From Arenicellales bacterium (GTDB lineage Bacteria > Pseudomonadota > Gammaproteobacteria > Arenicellales > JAJDZL01): a stretch of 64,000 nucleotides of DNA. The notes below the pieces were generated by a model that made no database searches, had not been told where the DNA came from, and worked only from the letters and a program-made list of their open reading frames with translations. Both the position numbers and the translations under genes were made by a program. Positions 48,809-58,600 of the stretch are shown here, in pieces (the first letter of the stretch is position 1; each line of letters starts with the position of its first letter). The stretch is taken from contig OZ243980.1 in the NCBI GenBank assembly GCA_965214875.1, positions 2,299,058-2,363,057 of the forward strand, written 5' to 3'.

Positions 48809-50132
48809 CCGAAACCACCTCTTTTCCCATCAACATGTCCAGTCGCAGCCACGTCATAACGACTTGATACTTTGCCTTGATCGACCGGTACTGGGCATTG
48901 AGCAGTTGCGCCTGCGCATCGCCCAAGTCTGAACGAACTTCAAGTTCATACAGCAGTCTGCTTCTATCCATGTAATGATCGCGATATCTGGAATGCACAT
49001 CGGCCGCGTTGCTCTCGACTCGAAGCGTTCGCAGCTGATGCCATAAGGCAAATGCTTGCTCGCGCAAACGCAGTTCAACCGCCTTGGCGCGCGCTTGCGC
49101 CTTTTCGATTTCGATTCTTCCGAGCCTTTGCGTTCGGCGCTTTTGCGCACCAGCATGGACCGGAATCTGAAACTGAACCGCTACCGATGCCTCATTTCGA
49201 CTGCCGGTTTTCTGAGCCCAGTCTTCGCCCTCAATAACACCATCCACCCTCAGCTTGTACTTCGCATCTTCGCTATCCGCATGGTGTTCCGCCTGACTGA
49301 CTTGAATCTTGGCACTTTCAAGCTCGATGTTTGATCTCAAAACAAGCTCGATCAAATCGTCAAATTCGGGCAATTCCCGATTCGCGATGAAATCTATATC
49401 AGGCGCCGCCAAATCGCGCGGAACATAGTTGTCCAATCCCATCGCGGATGCAAGCCGACGCCTTGCCGCCTGCGGCTCCAAGCCGGCTTGCTGGCGGACC
49501 ACGAAAGCATCCATATACTTCGATTGTGCGGCAAGTACTTCGACTTCGGCGGGATGGGAGAATTCATCAAAGCTCTGCTGAAGCCTGTTGTAGTGCAAAA
49601 ATTCAATGGTCATGAGCTCATTTTTGATTGCATAATCTAAATCAGCCAGTAAAACGCTAAAAAAGCGCTCCGCAATGAGGACTCTTTGCTGCTGAACCTG
49701 CAATCGCAATCGACGCTCTGCGTAATCGACCCCCGACATGCCAGCCAAATTCCTGCTCTGCCTTTGCCCAGAATCGAACAGGTTCTGCGTCAATCGCAAG
49801 CGCGACACGCTATCGTCAATGGAGCTTGAAGCAGTGTGGTCGGCCCTGTCAGCGCGCTCACCAATGACGTGCAAGTCGATCAACGGGCTGTACGAACTTG
49901 ATGCCGAGTCGACTTCGGCCTGAGCGCTCTGGAGGTCGAGCTCTGCGAGCTTCAACACCGGATTGGAGGGTGTGGCGTAACTGAGCGCTTCTGAAAGAGT
50001 TAGAGGCTCGGAAAGTGATTCGATCGCTACAGCAAAACTCGCCAAGCCAGCCAATAGCCAGCCGGCGACAATGGCGGCGATCAGCCGGATGCGGTATGTC
50101 GCAGCACTGCTTAATACCGCACTCGCTAGCAT
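48798..50132 (-). CDS. TolC-family outer membrane factor
   Basis: At 444 aa it has a signal-like N-terminus, LTLSEALSYATPSNPVLKLAELDLQSAQAEV, and the two-repeat helical/beta pattern typical of OMF proteins. Confidence 0.8.
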   Translation of the reverse strand: MLASAVLSSAATYRIRLIAAIVAGWLLAGLASFAVAIESLSEPLTLSEALSYATPSNPVLKLAELDLQSAQAEVDSASSSYSPLIDLHVIGERADRADHTASSSIDDSVSRLRLTQNLFDSGQRQSRNLAGMSGVDYAERRLRLQVQQQRVLIAERFFSVLLADLDYAIKNELMTIEFLHYNRLQQSFDEFSHPAEVEVLAAQSKYMDAFVVRQQAGLEPQAARRRLASAMGLDNYVPRDLAAPDIDFIANRELPEFDDLIELVLRSNIELESAKIQVSQAEHHADSEDAKYKLRVDGVIEGEDWAQKTGSRNEASVAVQFQIPVHAGAQKRRTQRLGRIEIEKAQARAKAVELRLREQAFALWHQLRTLRVESNAADVHSRYRDHYMDRSRLLYELEVRSDLGDAQAQLLNAQYRSIKAKYQVVMTWLRLDMLMGKEVVSDEN

Positions 50133-50141
50133 TGCGACGGG

Positions 50142-50687
50142 CTATTGCTTGCGATTTGCACGCTTGTATTTGACAAAGTTGGAATTCTCGTAATGCCGTT
50201 CGGCAACGAATTTACCAAGAAGCATGAACTCCTCGATGTCTTTGGTCGCGCCGGTATAGCGCATCACGCGATTGCCCTCAAGATCCAGAAACAAGAATAC
50301 CGGTGTCGCTCGAATCCGATTGTGCCTCAAGGCGAATTCCTTCTCGGGGATATCCGTGCCGTCGAAATCAACAATCAGGTTGTCGCCTTCGACGTTCATC
50401 GTCAAAATACGAAAGTGCTTACGGTAAAATTCCTGCACTTCGGGCTGGTTCAGCACCATCTGCTTCATTCTATCGCACCAGGGACAATCATTTAGCTCAA
50501 ACATGATCATGATTGAACGTTGCCCCTCCTCAAGCGCCGTATCGACCTCTTCTTGCAAATCTCCGAAGGTCTGATGGAAGAAAAACTCTTCGGGATCCCT
50601 AGTTTCAGCTAGTGCCAACTGAGCGAACAGCAGCAACACGGCACCTATAATCAGTATCAATGCGGCAGTGAGCGCTCTAGTTCTCAT
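50142..50687 (-). CDS. Periplasmic thioredoxin-fold protein (SoxW-like by position)
   Basis: Signal peptide and a CPWC redox motif in ELNDCPWCDRMK. It lies 23 nt downstream of soxB, the position occupied by soxW in soxJXYZAKBW-type clusters (recalled). Confidence 0.6.
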   Translation of the reverse strand: MRTRALTAALILIIGAVLLLFAQLALAETRDPEEFFFHQTFGDLQEEVDTALEEGQRSIMIMFELNDCPWCDRMKQMVLNQPEVQEFYRKHFRILTMNVEGDNLIVDFDGTDIPEKEFALRHNRIRATPVFLFLDLEGNRVMRYTGATKDIEEFMLLGKFVAERHYENSNFVKYKRANRKQ

Positions 50688-50710
50688 CAGGTTTTGTCTG
50701 GATGCGATCT

Positions 50711-52465
50711 TCAGGCGCCAACCCCGGGATTCGAGCCGTTCAAAACCAATCTAGGCTCATTAACGCGCGGCACTTCAATCGTGCCTGCATTCCTCAAGTA
50801 GTCCGCTACCACGTCCCAAACCGGAGGCCCCGGCGAAATCTCGCCGACAGTAGCCCATCCACTGACCAGGTAGATTTTGCTCGCTTCGATCAAGTCGCCA
50901 TTGTCGAGGCGAATGTCAGAAATTCGGTTGCCGAAATCCTTAAGCGGATCAATCGCATAGGTAAAGCCTCCGACCCGAACCATATCGCCGCCTTGTTGGA
51001 AAAACGGATCCGGGTTGAACGCATTGTCCGCGACATCCTCCAGTATCAGCTTGATCGTTTCGCCGGTCATTTCCCGCACATAGGTTTCAGGATAGGTCAT
51101 CGCGGTTTGACTAAGCACATCTTCCATCGTGACGGTGTGCTTCGGCAACACTGACGTACCCCAGCGAAAGCCCGGAGAAAGCGCAATTTCAGAGCCGCCA
51201 TGCTCAATCAAGGCATCACAAATCACTTGATCAAACGAGCCGCTGAAATTGCCTCGGCGATACAGCAGCGATTCAGACACCGCAAGCTGCTCTGCGAGTC
51301 GATCAGCATAAGGCTCGCGCGTGCGCGCAATCAGTTCATCCATGTCCCGGTCGGGCTCAATCAGGTTGCTGAACACCGGCACCAATCTATAGCGCGCCTC
51401 TTTAACGCCGCTGCTGCCGATATCCAAATCAAGCACGCCAAGAAACTTGCCGCTGGAACCAGCATTGGTCACCAAAGTGCTTCCGCCGTCGTTTTCGACC
51501 CGCACCGGTTGCGGCACCGCATCGTGGGTATGTCCGCCTAGAATCGCATCCAGTCCTGATACCTGGCTTGCGAGTTTCTTGTCGACATCCATGCCGTTGT
51601 GAGAGAGCAGCACGACGGCATCCGGACGATCCTCAGCGCGAATCTTGTCAATCAGATCCTGCAGCTCGCCCGACCGAATCCCAAACGTCCAATCCGGCAC
51701 GTTGCGCCTCGGATTGGCGATCGGGGTATACGGAAACGCTTGCCCGATGATGGCAATGTCGAACCCGCCCAGAGTGCGCATGGCGTACGGAGGAAACGCA
51801 TGCCCCGTAAATTCATCATGAACCGGCTTTTCGTCGAACAGCGCATCTTCGGTCAAAAAAATGTTTTGAGCAACAAAATCGCCGTTCGAAGCTTCGATGT
51901 TGCGGCGAAATTCTTCTGGCGTATAGGTAAACTCCCAATGGCCAGTGAACACATCGATGCCGAGAAGATTGCTTGCCTCGACCATATCCATGCCCCGCGT
52001 CCACAGCGATGTGCCGCTACCCTGCCAGGTGTCGCCGCCGTCAAGCAACAACGTACGGTCGCGACCATAGCTTTGCCGAAGTCTGTCGGCTAATGACTTG
52101 AGGTGCGCATAGCCGCCAAGCTTGCCGTACTTTTCTGCCAGCTCAGCGAAATCAAGGTAGGTGAATGCGTAGGCGGATGGCGAGCCGGCTTCAATGCCAT
52201 AATAGTCGAAAAACGATTTTCCGACCAGATGCGGAGGCGCTCCCCAAGCATCGCCGATGCCTATATTGATTCGCGGTTCGCGGTAGTAGACCGGATTGAG
52301 CTGGGCGTGAGAGTCGGTGATATGAATAAGCCGAACATTGCCAAATCCTTCAAAGTCGTAGAGTGAATCGCTCGCGCTTGCCGAAGCAGATGCATACGGC
52401 ATGGCAATGCCGGATGCAAACGCAGCCGACAAAGTTTGAAGAAATTCGCGGCGATCAATATTCAA
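50711..52465 (-). CDS. soxB: Thiosulfohydrolase SoxB
   Basis: Tat motif RREFLQ, a HITDSHAQ metallophosphoesterase motif and a 5'-nucleotidase-like C-terminus; 584 aa. Confidence 0.93.
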   Translation of the reverse strand: MNIDRREFLQTLSAAFASGIAMPYASASASASDSLYDFEGFGNVRLIHITDSHAQLNPVYYREPRINIGIGDAWGAPPHLVGKSFFDYYGIEAGSPSAYAFTYLDFAELAEKYGKLGGYAHLKSLADRLRQSYGRDRTLLLDGGDTWQGSGTSLWTRGMDMVEASNLLGIDVFTGHWEFTYTPEEFRRNIEASNGDFVAQNIFLTEDALFDEKPVHDEFTGHAFPPYAMRTLGGFDIAIIGQAFPYTPIANPRRNVPDWTFGIRSGELQDLIDKIRAEDRPDAVVLLSHNGMDVDKKLASQVSGLDAILGGHTHDAVPQPVRVENDGGSTLVTNAGSSGKFLGVLDLDIGSSGVKEARYRLVPVFSNLIEPDRDMDELIARTREPYADRLAEQLAVSESLLYRRGNFSGSFDQVICDALIEHGGSEIALSPGFRWGTSVLPKHTVTMEDVLSQTAMTYPETYVREMTGETIKLILEDVADNAFNPDPFFQQGGDMVRVGGFTYAIDPLKDFGNRISDIRLDNGDLIEASKIYLVSGWATVGEISPGPPVWDVVADYLRNAGTIEVPRVNEPRLVLNGSNPGVGA

Positions 52466-52568
52466 TTTCGACCTGCATGCGAGAAACCAGAATGCAGATC
52501 AGCCCGACCTTGCAAGATCGCGGTGGGTGGCTAATAAATTCACCTACCGCAATACCGAGATTGCTTCG

Positions 52569-52880
52569 CTACCGAAGAACTCGACTTTCCCACAGTGTAG
52601 CTTCGCGGTCGGCTTGAACGATCGCCTGATCGCTTTGTAGCTGCGCTTCGGCAACCAGAGCCGTCGCCTTTCCTAGATCTCCTTCCTCAGCTGCTTTTTG
52701 CGCATTTTTCAGAATCTTGGCTGTATCGCGCCACTCGTGACTGAGTTCGCCAGCCTGCTTTCGCGTTTCGTTCGCTTTGGCTAGCGCGGTGTTGAACGCT
52801 TCCACATCCGCATAAGCGGCCGAGCCCGCCGCAGCGAGCGCGGCCACCAAAAAAACACTTACAAGATTTCCTGTCTTCAT
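52569..52880 (-). CDS. Small periplasmic helical protein between soxA and soxB (possible SoxK/SoxAX-binding protein)
   Basis: The start MKTGNLVSVFLVAALAAAGSAAYA is a signal peptide, leaving a ~80-aa helical mature part. The SoxK assignment rests only on synteny. Confidence 0.4.
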   Translation of the reverse strand: MKTGNLVSVFLVAALAAAGSAAYADVEAFNTALAKANETRKQAGELSHEWRDTAKILKNAQKAAEEGDLGKATALVAEAQLQSDQAIVQADREATLWESRVLR

Positions 52881-52893
52881 CGTCTTCCTCCCA

Positions 52894-53742
52894 TCAGCGC
52901 CGCACGCCCGGACCATTGAATTCCAGACCATTGCTCATGTAGGTCAAGAAGTACTCCAGATTGCGGTACTCTTCGCTTTGCGCGGCAAAAGGCTTGGCCC
53001 GCACCTGCGAATTGCACCCGCCAATTCTGCGATGCAACGTTCCGATCTCGCCCCACTTGAGCCGATAGACAGGGAAATGGCTTGGGTGCCCCAGCGCAGG
53101 ACTCAGCATTTCGGTCCGGATCGCTCCGCCTGAACCGCCGACGTGGCAATCCGAACAGGCGAAATTCAATTGACCGCGCTTGGTATAGTAAAATTGCTTG
53201 CCCATTTCGTAGGCTGCCATGGCCCGCGGGTCATCCGGCACGACGACATTGATTACCTTGCCGCGAGTCGTATACGCCATGTAGGCTGAAATCGCGGCGA
53301 TATCGCCTTTCTTGTACTTCAGCGGCTTTTCGCCATTGGCTTCGCGGCATTGATTGATCGCAAGTTCTGCGGTGATCACCATCCCTTGCTCAACATCGAA
53401 ATATGGGTACATGTGCCGAACGCCAATACCTCCGTTTTCGAAGCAATCGGCATAAGACTTGCCATTGGCGAACGGCGTTTCAAACAGCTCCTGGCCTTTG
53501 TCAACCGCGATTTCATAAGGCGGAAACTCTTCAAGATCGTTCCATTGATCTCGCGCATTGGTATCGATAGAATAGATTCCGTTGATGAAGTCATCTTTCG
53601 GCGTATCCGGAAACTTCGTCAAGTAGTAGTTCTGAAACGCTGCTCGATCGACCTCGGGATCGGCAAACAGAGCAGCCGATGCCGCAGCCGCTACGCCGGC
53701 CGCGACAACATACGACAACAGTTTTTTCATAGCAATTTGCAC
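52894..53742 (-). CDS. soxA: Cytochrome c SoxA (single CxxCH)
   Basis: One heme motif CSDCH and a conserved downstream IGGCNSQVRAKP (distal Cys ligand region). Only one CxxCH is present, so it is the monoheme type. An alternative start, MKKLLS, lies at 53730. Confidence 0.9.
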   Translation of the reverse strand: MQIAMKKLLSYVVAAGVAAAASAALFADPEVDRAAFQNYYLTKFPDTPKDDFINGIYSIDTNARDQWNDLEEFPPYEIAVDKGQELFETPFANGKSYADCFENGGIGVRHMYPYFDVEQGMVITAELAINQCREANGEKPLKYKKGDIAAISAYMAYTTRGKVINVVVPDDPRAMAAYEMGKQFYYTKRGQLNFACSDCHVGGSGGAIRTEMLSPALGHPSHFPVYRLKWGEIGTLHRRIGGCNSQVRAKPFAAQSEEYRNLEYFLTYMSNGLEFNGPGVRR

Positions 53743-53774
53743 TCCTCAGTTTTATTCTCTGGGCTAGGCGCGCC

Positions 53775-54083
53775 TTAAGCGATGGTGTATTCCTTATCTC
53801 CAGATCCGCCCATGTTGTCGTGCCAATGGATCGCAACCGTGTCCCCGCTTTGCGGCCCGCGGAGCTTGAACGACAGATAGGGATTCTTTGAAATGGCCGG
53901 GCCCCAGTGGGCGCGAATCATTTCCTGCCCCTTCCAGTTGCAGGTCACCGCTTCAATGTAGTGAGCGGGAATCGGCTCGCCGGTCTTTTGATCCTTGCGC
54001 TGGCCGGTTTCCATCGGATGCTTGATCAGCACCTTGACTTCAGCGTCTTCGCCGAGCATCCGGACTTTTGCCTTGATGGACAT
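53775..54083 (-). CDS. soxZ: Sulfur carrier complex subunit SoxZ
   Basis: 102 aa with KHPMETGQRKD and NPYLSF motifs. Confidence 0.92.
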   Translation of the reverse strand: MSIKAKVRMLGEDAEVKVLIKHPMETGQRKDQKTGEPIPAHYIEAVTCNWKGQEMIRAHWGPAISKNPYLSFKLRGPQSGDTVAIHWHDNMGGSGDKEYTIA

Positions 54084-54107
54084 ATCAAAACCTCCTTTCG
54101 TCTTGCC

Positions 54108-54581
54108 TTAGCCGCCGCAGCCGCCAATGGTAACTTTGACTTCACTTGCACCGCGGTAGACGCTGCCATTGGATTTGACGAGGGCAATGACATCGGATGT
54201 CTTGCCCATCTTGATCCGCATCGACACCTCGGGCACTACTCCTGGCTGCAAGTCGAACGACGCAACCATCGGAGCAGGATTATTCGGAACCAGAACGGCG
54301 ATTGATTCGACATTGTCGATATTCGCCGTCACCTTGATCGGAACAACGGCTCCGTTTTCGGCAATTTCCGGACCTTTGACAACAATGTTGGCGGCCGCAT
54401 CGGCAACGCTTTGATCGCCGAACAAGGCATCTAGCGCAGCATCCAGCTCTTCAGCGTCAAACGCTGCCTGGGGGCGCGCCGCAAAAGCTGCGGTGGAAAA
54501 GCCCCACGATGCCGCAAGACCGACCAGACTGGCTGCGGCAGCACCTTTGAGCACTACCCGTCTTTGCTGATTTACTTTCAT
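54108..54581 (-). CDS. soxY: Sulfur carrier protein SoxY
   Basis: Tat signal QQRRVVLKGAAA and the diagnostic C-terminus VKVTIGGCGG. The ORF-track start at 54824 is an upstream extension. Confidence 0.93.
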   Translation of the reverse strand: MKVNQQRRVVLKGAAAASLVGLAASWGFSTAAFAARPQAAFDAEELDAALDALFGDQSVADAAANIVVKGPEIAENGAVVPIKVTANIDNVESIAVLVPNNPAPMVASFDLQPGVVPEVSMRIKMGKTSDVIALVKSNGSVYRGASEVKVTIGGCGG

Positions 54582-54601
54582 CGTACTTTCCCTCTTTCGT
54601 C

Positions 54602-54979
54602 TTATAGTGTGTGCACGTATGCCGTGATCTTGTCGATTTCCTCGTCGGTCAGAATCCCATGACGGCCAAACGGGGGCATCATCGTATTGGGGTTGGCAGC
54701 TGTCGCATCGTAGATTCGCGCTCGAAGCTTCGCTATGTCGGGAAATCGCTGCTGCATGAAAATTAGCGGCGGTCCATGCGTTCCGGGCATCAAGCCGTCC
54801 TCCATGATGTGGCACGAAAGGCAATTGCCTTTTCGACGATCAAATGCAATCTTTTTCCCTTCGGCAATGATGTCCGCCGCCGCGTCGGCATGGCCGACCT
54901 GCGGCTGGACCGCCAAAAATCCGAAAACGACCGCCAGCGTCGCCAGACCAAACGCTAAAGTTCCAATCAGTTTCTTCAT
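54602..54979 (-). CDS. soxX: Cytochrome c SoxX
   Basis: Signal peptide, a CLSCH heme motif and MPPFG. The ORF-track start at 55111 is an extension. Confidence 0.9.
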   Translation of the reverse strand: MKKLIGTLAFGLATLAVVFGFLAVQPQVGHADAAADIIAEGKKIAFDRRKGNCLSCHIMEDGLMPGTHGPPLIFMQQRFPDIAKLRARIYDATAANPNTMMPPFGRHGILTDEEIDKITAYVHTL

Positions 54980-55019
54980 TTTCCTTTTTCCTTTGACTGC
55001 GGTTATCGTTTTTTGTTCC

Positions 55020-55052
55020 AAACCGCATCGCCTAACCGTTAACATGCGGTTT
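55020..55052. promoter_or_regulatory. Perfect 9-bp inverted repeat in the soxX/arsR divergent intergenic region (candidate operator)
   Basis: AAACCGCAT (55020-55028), a 15-nt spacer, then ATGCGGTTT (55044-55052). A second, weaker IR, TGTGC-n9-GCACA, lies at 55092-55110. Confidence 0.4.
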
Positions 55053-55185
55053 GCAGTTTTGATGTCGATTATACTAAATGCCTTATCTGTGTGTGCAAAT
55101 TTTAGGCACAATTTTCTGTTCGGTTGCTGAGCTATCCCAAATCAAGCCTAGTTATACAGTTAAATCATTGAATGCAAATAAACCA

Positions 55186-55524
55186 ATGGATGCTGTCGAG
55201 TTGCAAGGAATGCAGAATCGCATTCCGCCGGCGACGCTTCGCGAGTTGGCGGATGAAGCCTGCGGCGTACTCAAACAGCTTGCAAACGCACTGCGGCTTA
55301 TGGCGCTATGCCATCTGGCAGAAGGCGAGAAAACGGTGGGCGAATTGCAAGCTCTCATCGGGCTTGAGCAGTCTTCGCCGCCTCAGCATCTCGCCAAACT
55401 TCGAAACGAAGGAATAATCCGCGCAAGGCGGAACTCCCGGTTGAAGCGCTGCTCGATCGTTGACGAAAAGATATTTCGGATCATTGAGTCGCCGCATTCA
55501 ATCTATTGCGTCCCAGCCGAGTAG
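55186..55524 (+). CDS. ArsR-family transcriptional regulator (SoxR-like by position)
   Basis: The pattern LKQLANALRLMALCHLAEGEKTVGELQALIGLEQSSPPQHLAKLRNEGII is an ArsR/SmtB wHTH, and the gene is divergent from soxX. I chose the MDAVELQ start; the ORF-track start is 55078. Confidence 0.8.
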   Translation: MDAVELQGMQNRIPPATLRELADEACGVLKQLANALRLMALCHLAEGEKTVGELQALIGLEQSSPPQHLAKLRNEGIIRARRNSRLKRCSIVDEKIFRIIESPHSIYCVPAE

Positions 55525-55640
55525 AATCCGCTTGTTCGCCGTCGCAGAAAGCGACAATCGACAACCGGCCCACAGTCACGCATTGAGCGTTTTCGTTCTG
55601 CCAATGCCATGCGCACAACAGAACGCTCCTGCAATCTGGC

Positions 55641-58600
55641 GTGATTGATTTTCCACCAATCGCGATTGTCGGCACGGCTTGCCGCTTTCCGGGCGATGCC
55701 GACTCGCCGCAACAGCTGTGGCAAAACCTGACAGAAGGCAAGGATTCTATCGGTCCGGTTCCTGACGATCGCTGGCCTACAGGCTTTTTCGACTTATCGG
55801 GACCGGAAACAACAGCATTCGCCAAAGTTGGAGGCTTTGTAAACGGAATATTCGACTTCGATCCGGTATTTTTCGGCATATCCCCGAGGGAAGCGGACAG
55901 CATTGATCCGCAGCAGCGAATGCTGCTTGAGCTTGCGCACCGGTCTATGGAAGATGCCTGCGTCGACAATCGCTCATTAAGCGAATGCCGCACCGGCGTA
56001 TTCGTCGGCATCATCAACCACGACTACGCCCGGCTGCTTCTCTCCAATACCATGCACATCAGCGCTCACACCGGCTTGGGCCGTTCGGGCAGCATCGCCG
56101 CGAATCGGATTTCGTACGTTTTCAACCTCACAGGACCAAGCATCGCGATCGATACGGCGTGCTCGTCATCGCTTGTCGCGGTGGATGCCGCCTGCAGATC
56201 GCTGAATCATGACGAATGCGATGTCGCGCTTGCTGGCGGGGTCAATGCTGTTTTGCTTCCGGAGAGCTATCTTGAATTCGGACGAGCGCAAATGCTTTCC
56301 GTCTCCGGTCGCTGTCGCGCTTTCGATGCGAAAGCCGACGGTTTCGTGCGGGCAGAAGGCGGCGGCCTGATCCTTTTGAAGCGCTTATCCGATGCGCTGG
56401 CAGACAGGGACCGCATCCGCGCAATCATCGCGGCAACGGCGGTCAATCAGGATGGGCGAACCGCAGGCATCATGTCTCCCAGCATCGATGCGCAAGTTTG
56501 CATGATGCGAAAAGCTTTACAGCGAGCCGATCTTCAGCCATCAGCGATTGGGTATGTCGAAGCGCACGGCACCGGCACGCAGTCAGGCGACACCGCCGAA
56601 GCCGAATCGATCGGAACGGCATACGGACGAAGCGCACGGCACCGAACGCTGCCGGTCGGTTCTGTCAAGACGAATATCGGGCATACCGAAAGCGCTGCCG
56701 GCATTGCCGGCCTGATCAAGGCGCAACTGTCAATTGAGCACAATGCCATTGTGCCGAATCTTCACTTCGGCACGCCAAATCCGGCGATCGATTTCAATGG
56801 GCTGGGCTTGCGCGTTCCGAGTAAAGTGGAGTTGCGGGATGGCGGCACCGACAGGCTGCGAGCAGCTGCGGTCAATTCATTCGGTTTCGGGGGCACCAAT
56901 GCGCACGTCATTTTGCGTCAAGCGCCTGCGCCGCAAATCAACCGCAAAAACAAAAGCGCCGCCTACGTGCTGCCGGTGGCAGCCCCGTCAGAGGAATTGC
57001 TCGAAAACCGAATATCCTCTATCAGCGAGCTTGCGCAAAGCAGTACGCCAATTCAAAACATCTACAGTTCAGCAGCGCGACAGCATGGCGGACGCTACAG
57101 AAAGACAGTGCTGATCCAGGAAGAGGCCGCTGACCACATAGATAGCCGCGTAGATTTTTCAAATACTCCAGCCGCACTGGAAGAACTGGGCGAGCCGCCT
57201 CATCTTTGCTTTGTCTTTAGCGGGATCGGAAGAAACTGGGGCAGCGCCGGCAGACAGCTCTATTCCTGCGAACCGCAGTTTAAGTCAGCCATCGACGATT
57301 GCGATGCGCTTTTCCGACAGCAATTCGACAACTCCATCATTCGCGGTGTGCTCGAACGCGGCAAGTCCCCCGAATCTGTAATCAGGGATCTGCACCCATT
57401 GCTGTTCGCGATACAGATCGGACTTTATCAGCTGTGGCATTCTTGGCACATTGTGCCTCAGTCGGTGCTCGGGCACAGCATCGGCGAAGCCGCGGCAGCA
57501 TGGGCATCCGGTGCGCTTACAATGCCCGAAGCGGTGCAAATCATCGGCGAGCGCTACCATGCATTCGAGCCGTTGGAGCATCAAGGTAAAATGCTCGCTG
57601 CCGCACTGGATGAGCAAACTGCGGCAGACATGGCGCGCGCATTCTCAGGCGAACTGCATCTTGCATCCGTCAACAGCCCAGCCTCGATTACTTTCTCGGG
57701 TTCGAAACAGGCTATTGAAGCGGTTGGCAAACAATTGCATGCAGCCGGAACGCGCCACCGGATGCTGGATATTAATGTGCCATTTCACTGCCCCTTGATC
57801 GAGTCGGTGCAGGGCGATGCATTGCAAGCTATCGACCGAAGCGGGGAACGGCAACAGGACATCCGATGGTTTTCCTCATTCGGCAAGCATATTGCCGGGG
57901 ATATCGTGCCGACAGGCGAGTTTTGGTGGCAAAACTTCAGCGCACCTGCCAATTTTCAACACGCTTTCGAACAGACGCACAGCGCCGGGTGCCGGACGTT
58001 TGTGGAAATCAGCCCCATACCCGCTCTGCTCACGGCGATTCATGAGAATCTCGATGCTTTGAAGTTCAAGGCAACGGTGCTGCCTTCCCTAATGCCTCAT
58101 GCTTGCGAGCGAACTTCAATGCTTCGTTCTGCCGGCAGACTGTTCGAGCTTGGCTCGGAGCCAGCTTGGCCGCGCCTGTGCCCTTTGTCAACACCCTGCA
58201 ACCTTGCGCCACTGCATTTTGAACGCCGCACCTATGCGAAGCAAGCGCCGCAACTCAACCATCGCAAGCAAAATGCCTTTACTTCCAAAATAGCCGCCAT
58301 TTATGATGAAAGCAGCGGATGCCGCAGCTATCGTTTCGATATCGAAAAATCCCATTGGCTCAAATCACATACCCTGCACGGGAAAATCGTTTTTCCTGCG
58401 GCCGGGTTCATCGCTGTCATTCTGGACACGCTAAATGAGCGGTGGCTTCAAGCGACAATGCAAGTCAGCAAAATCGGGTTCCATCGGCTGCTTGAAGTCG
58501 CAGAAAGCAAGTCGCACACTCAGGTGCGTGTGCTGATTTGCGAAAACTCATTGGATAGCGGACTCGAGTTGTCGATCGCCGATGCGGACGAGCCTGAATT

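Noticed and set aside
55481-56017. A 178-aa minus-strand ORF overlaps the start of the PKS.
   Set aside because: It is antisense to the well-supported KS domain and has low-complexity S/P/C-rich composition.
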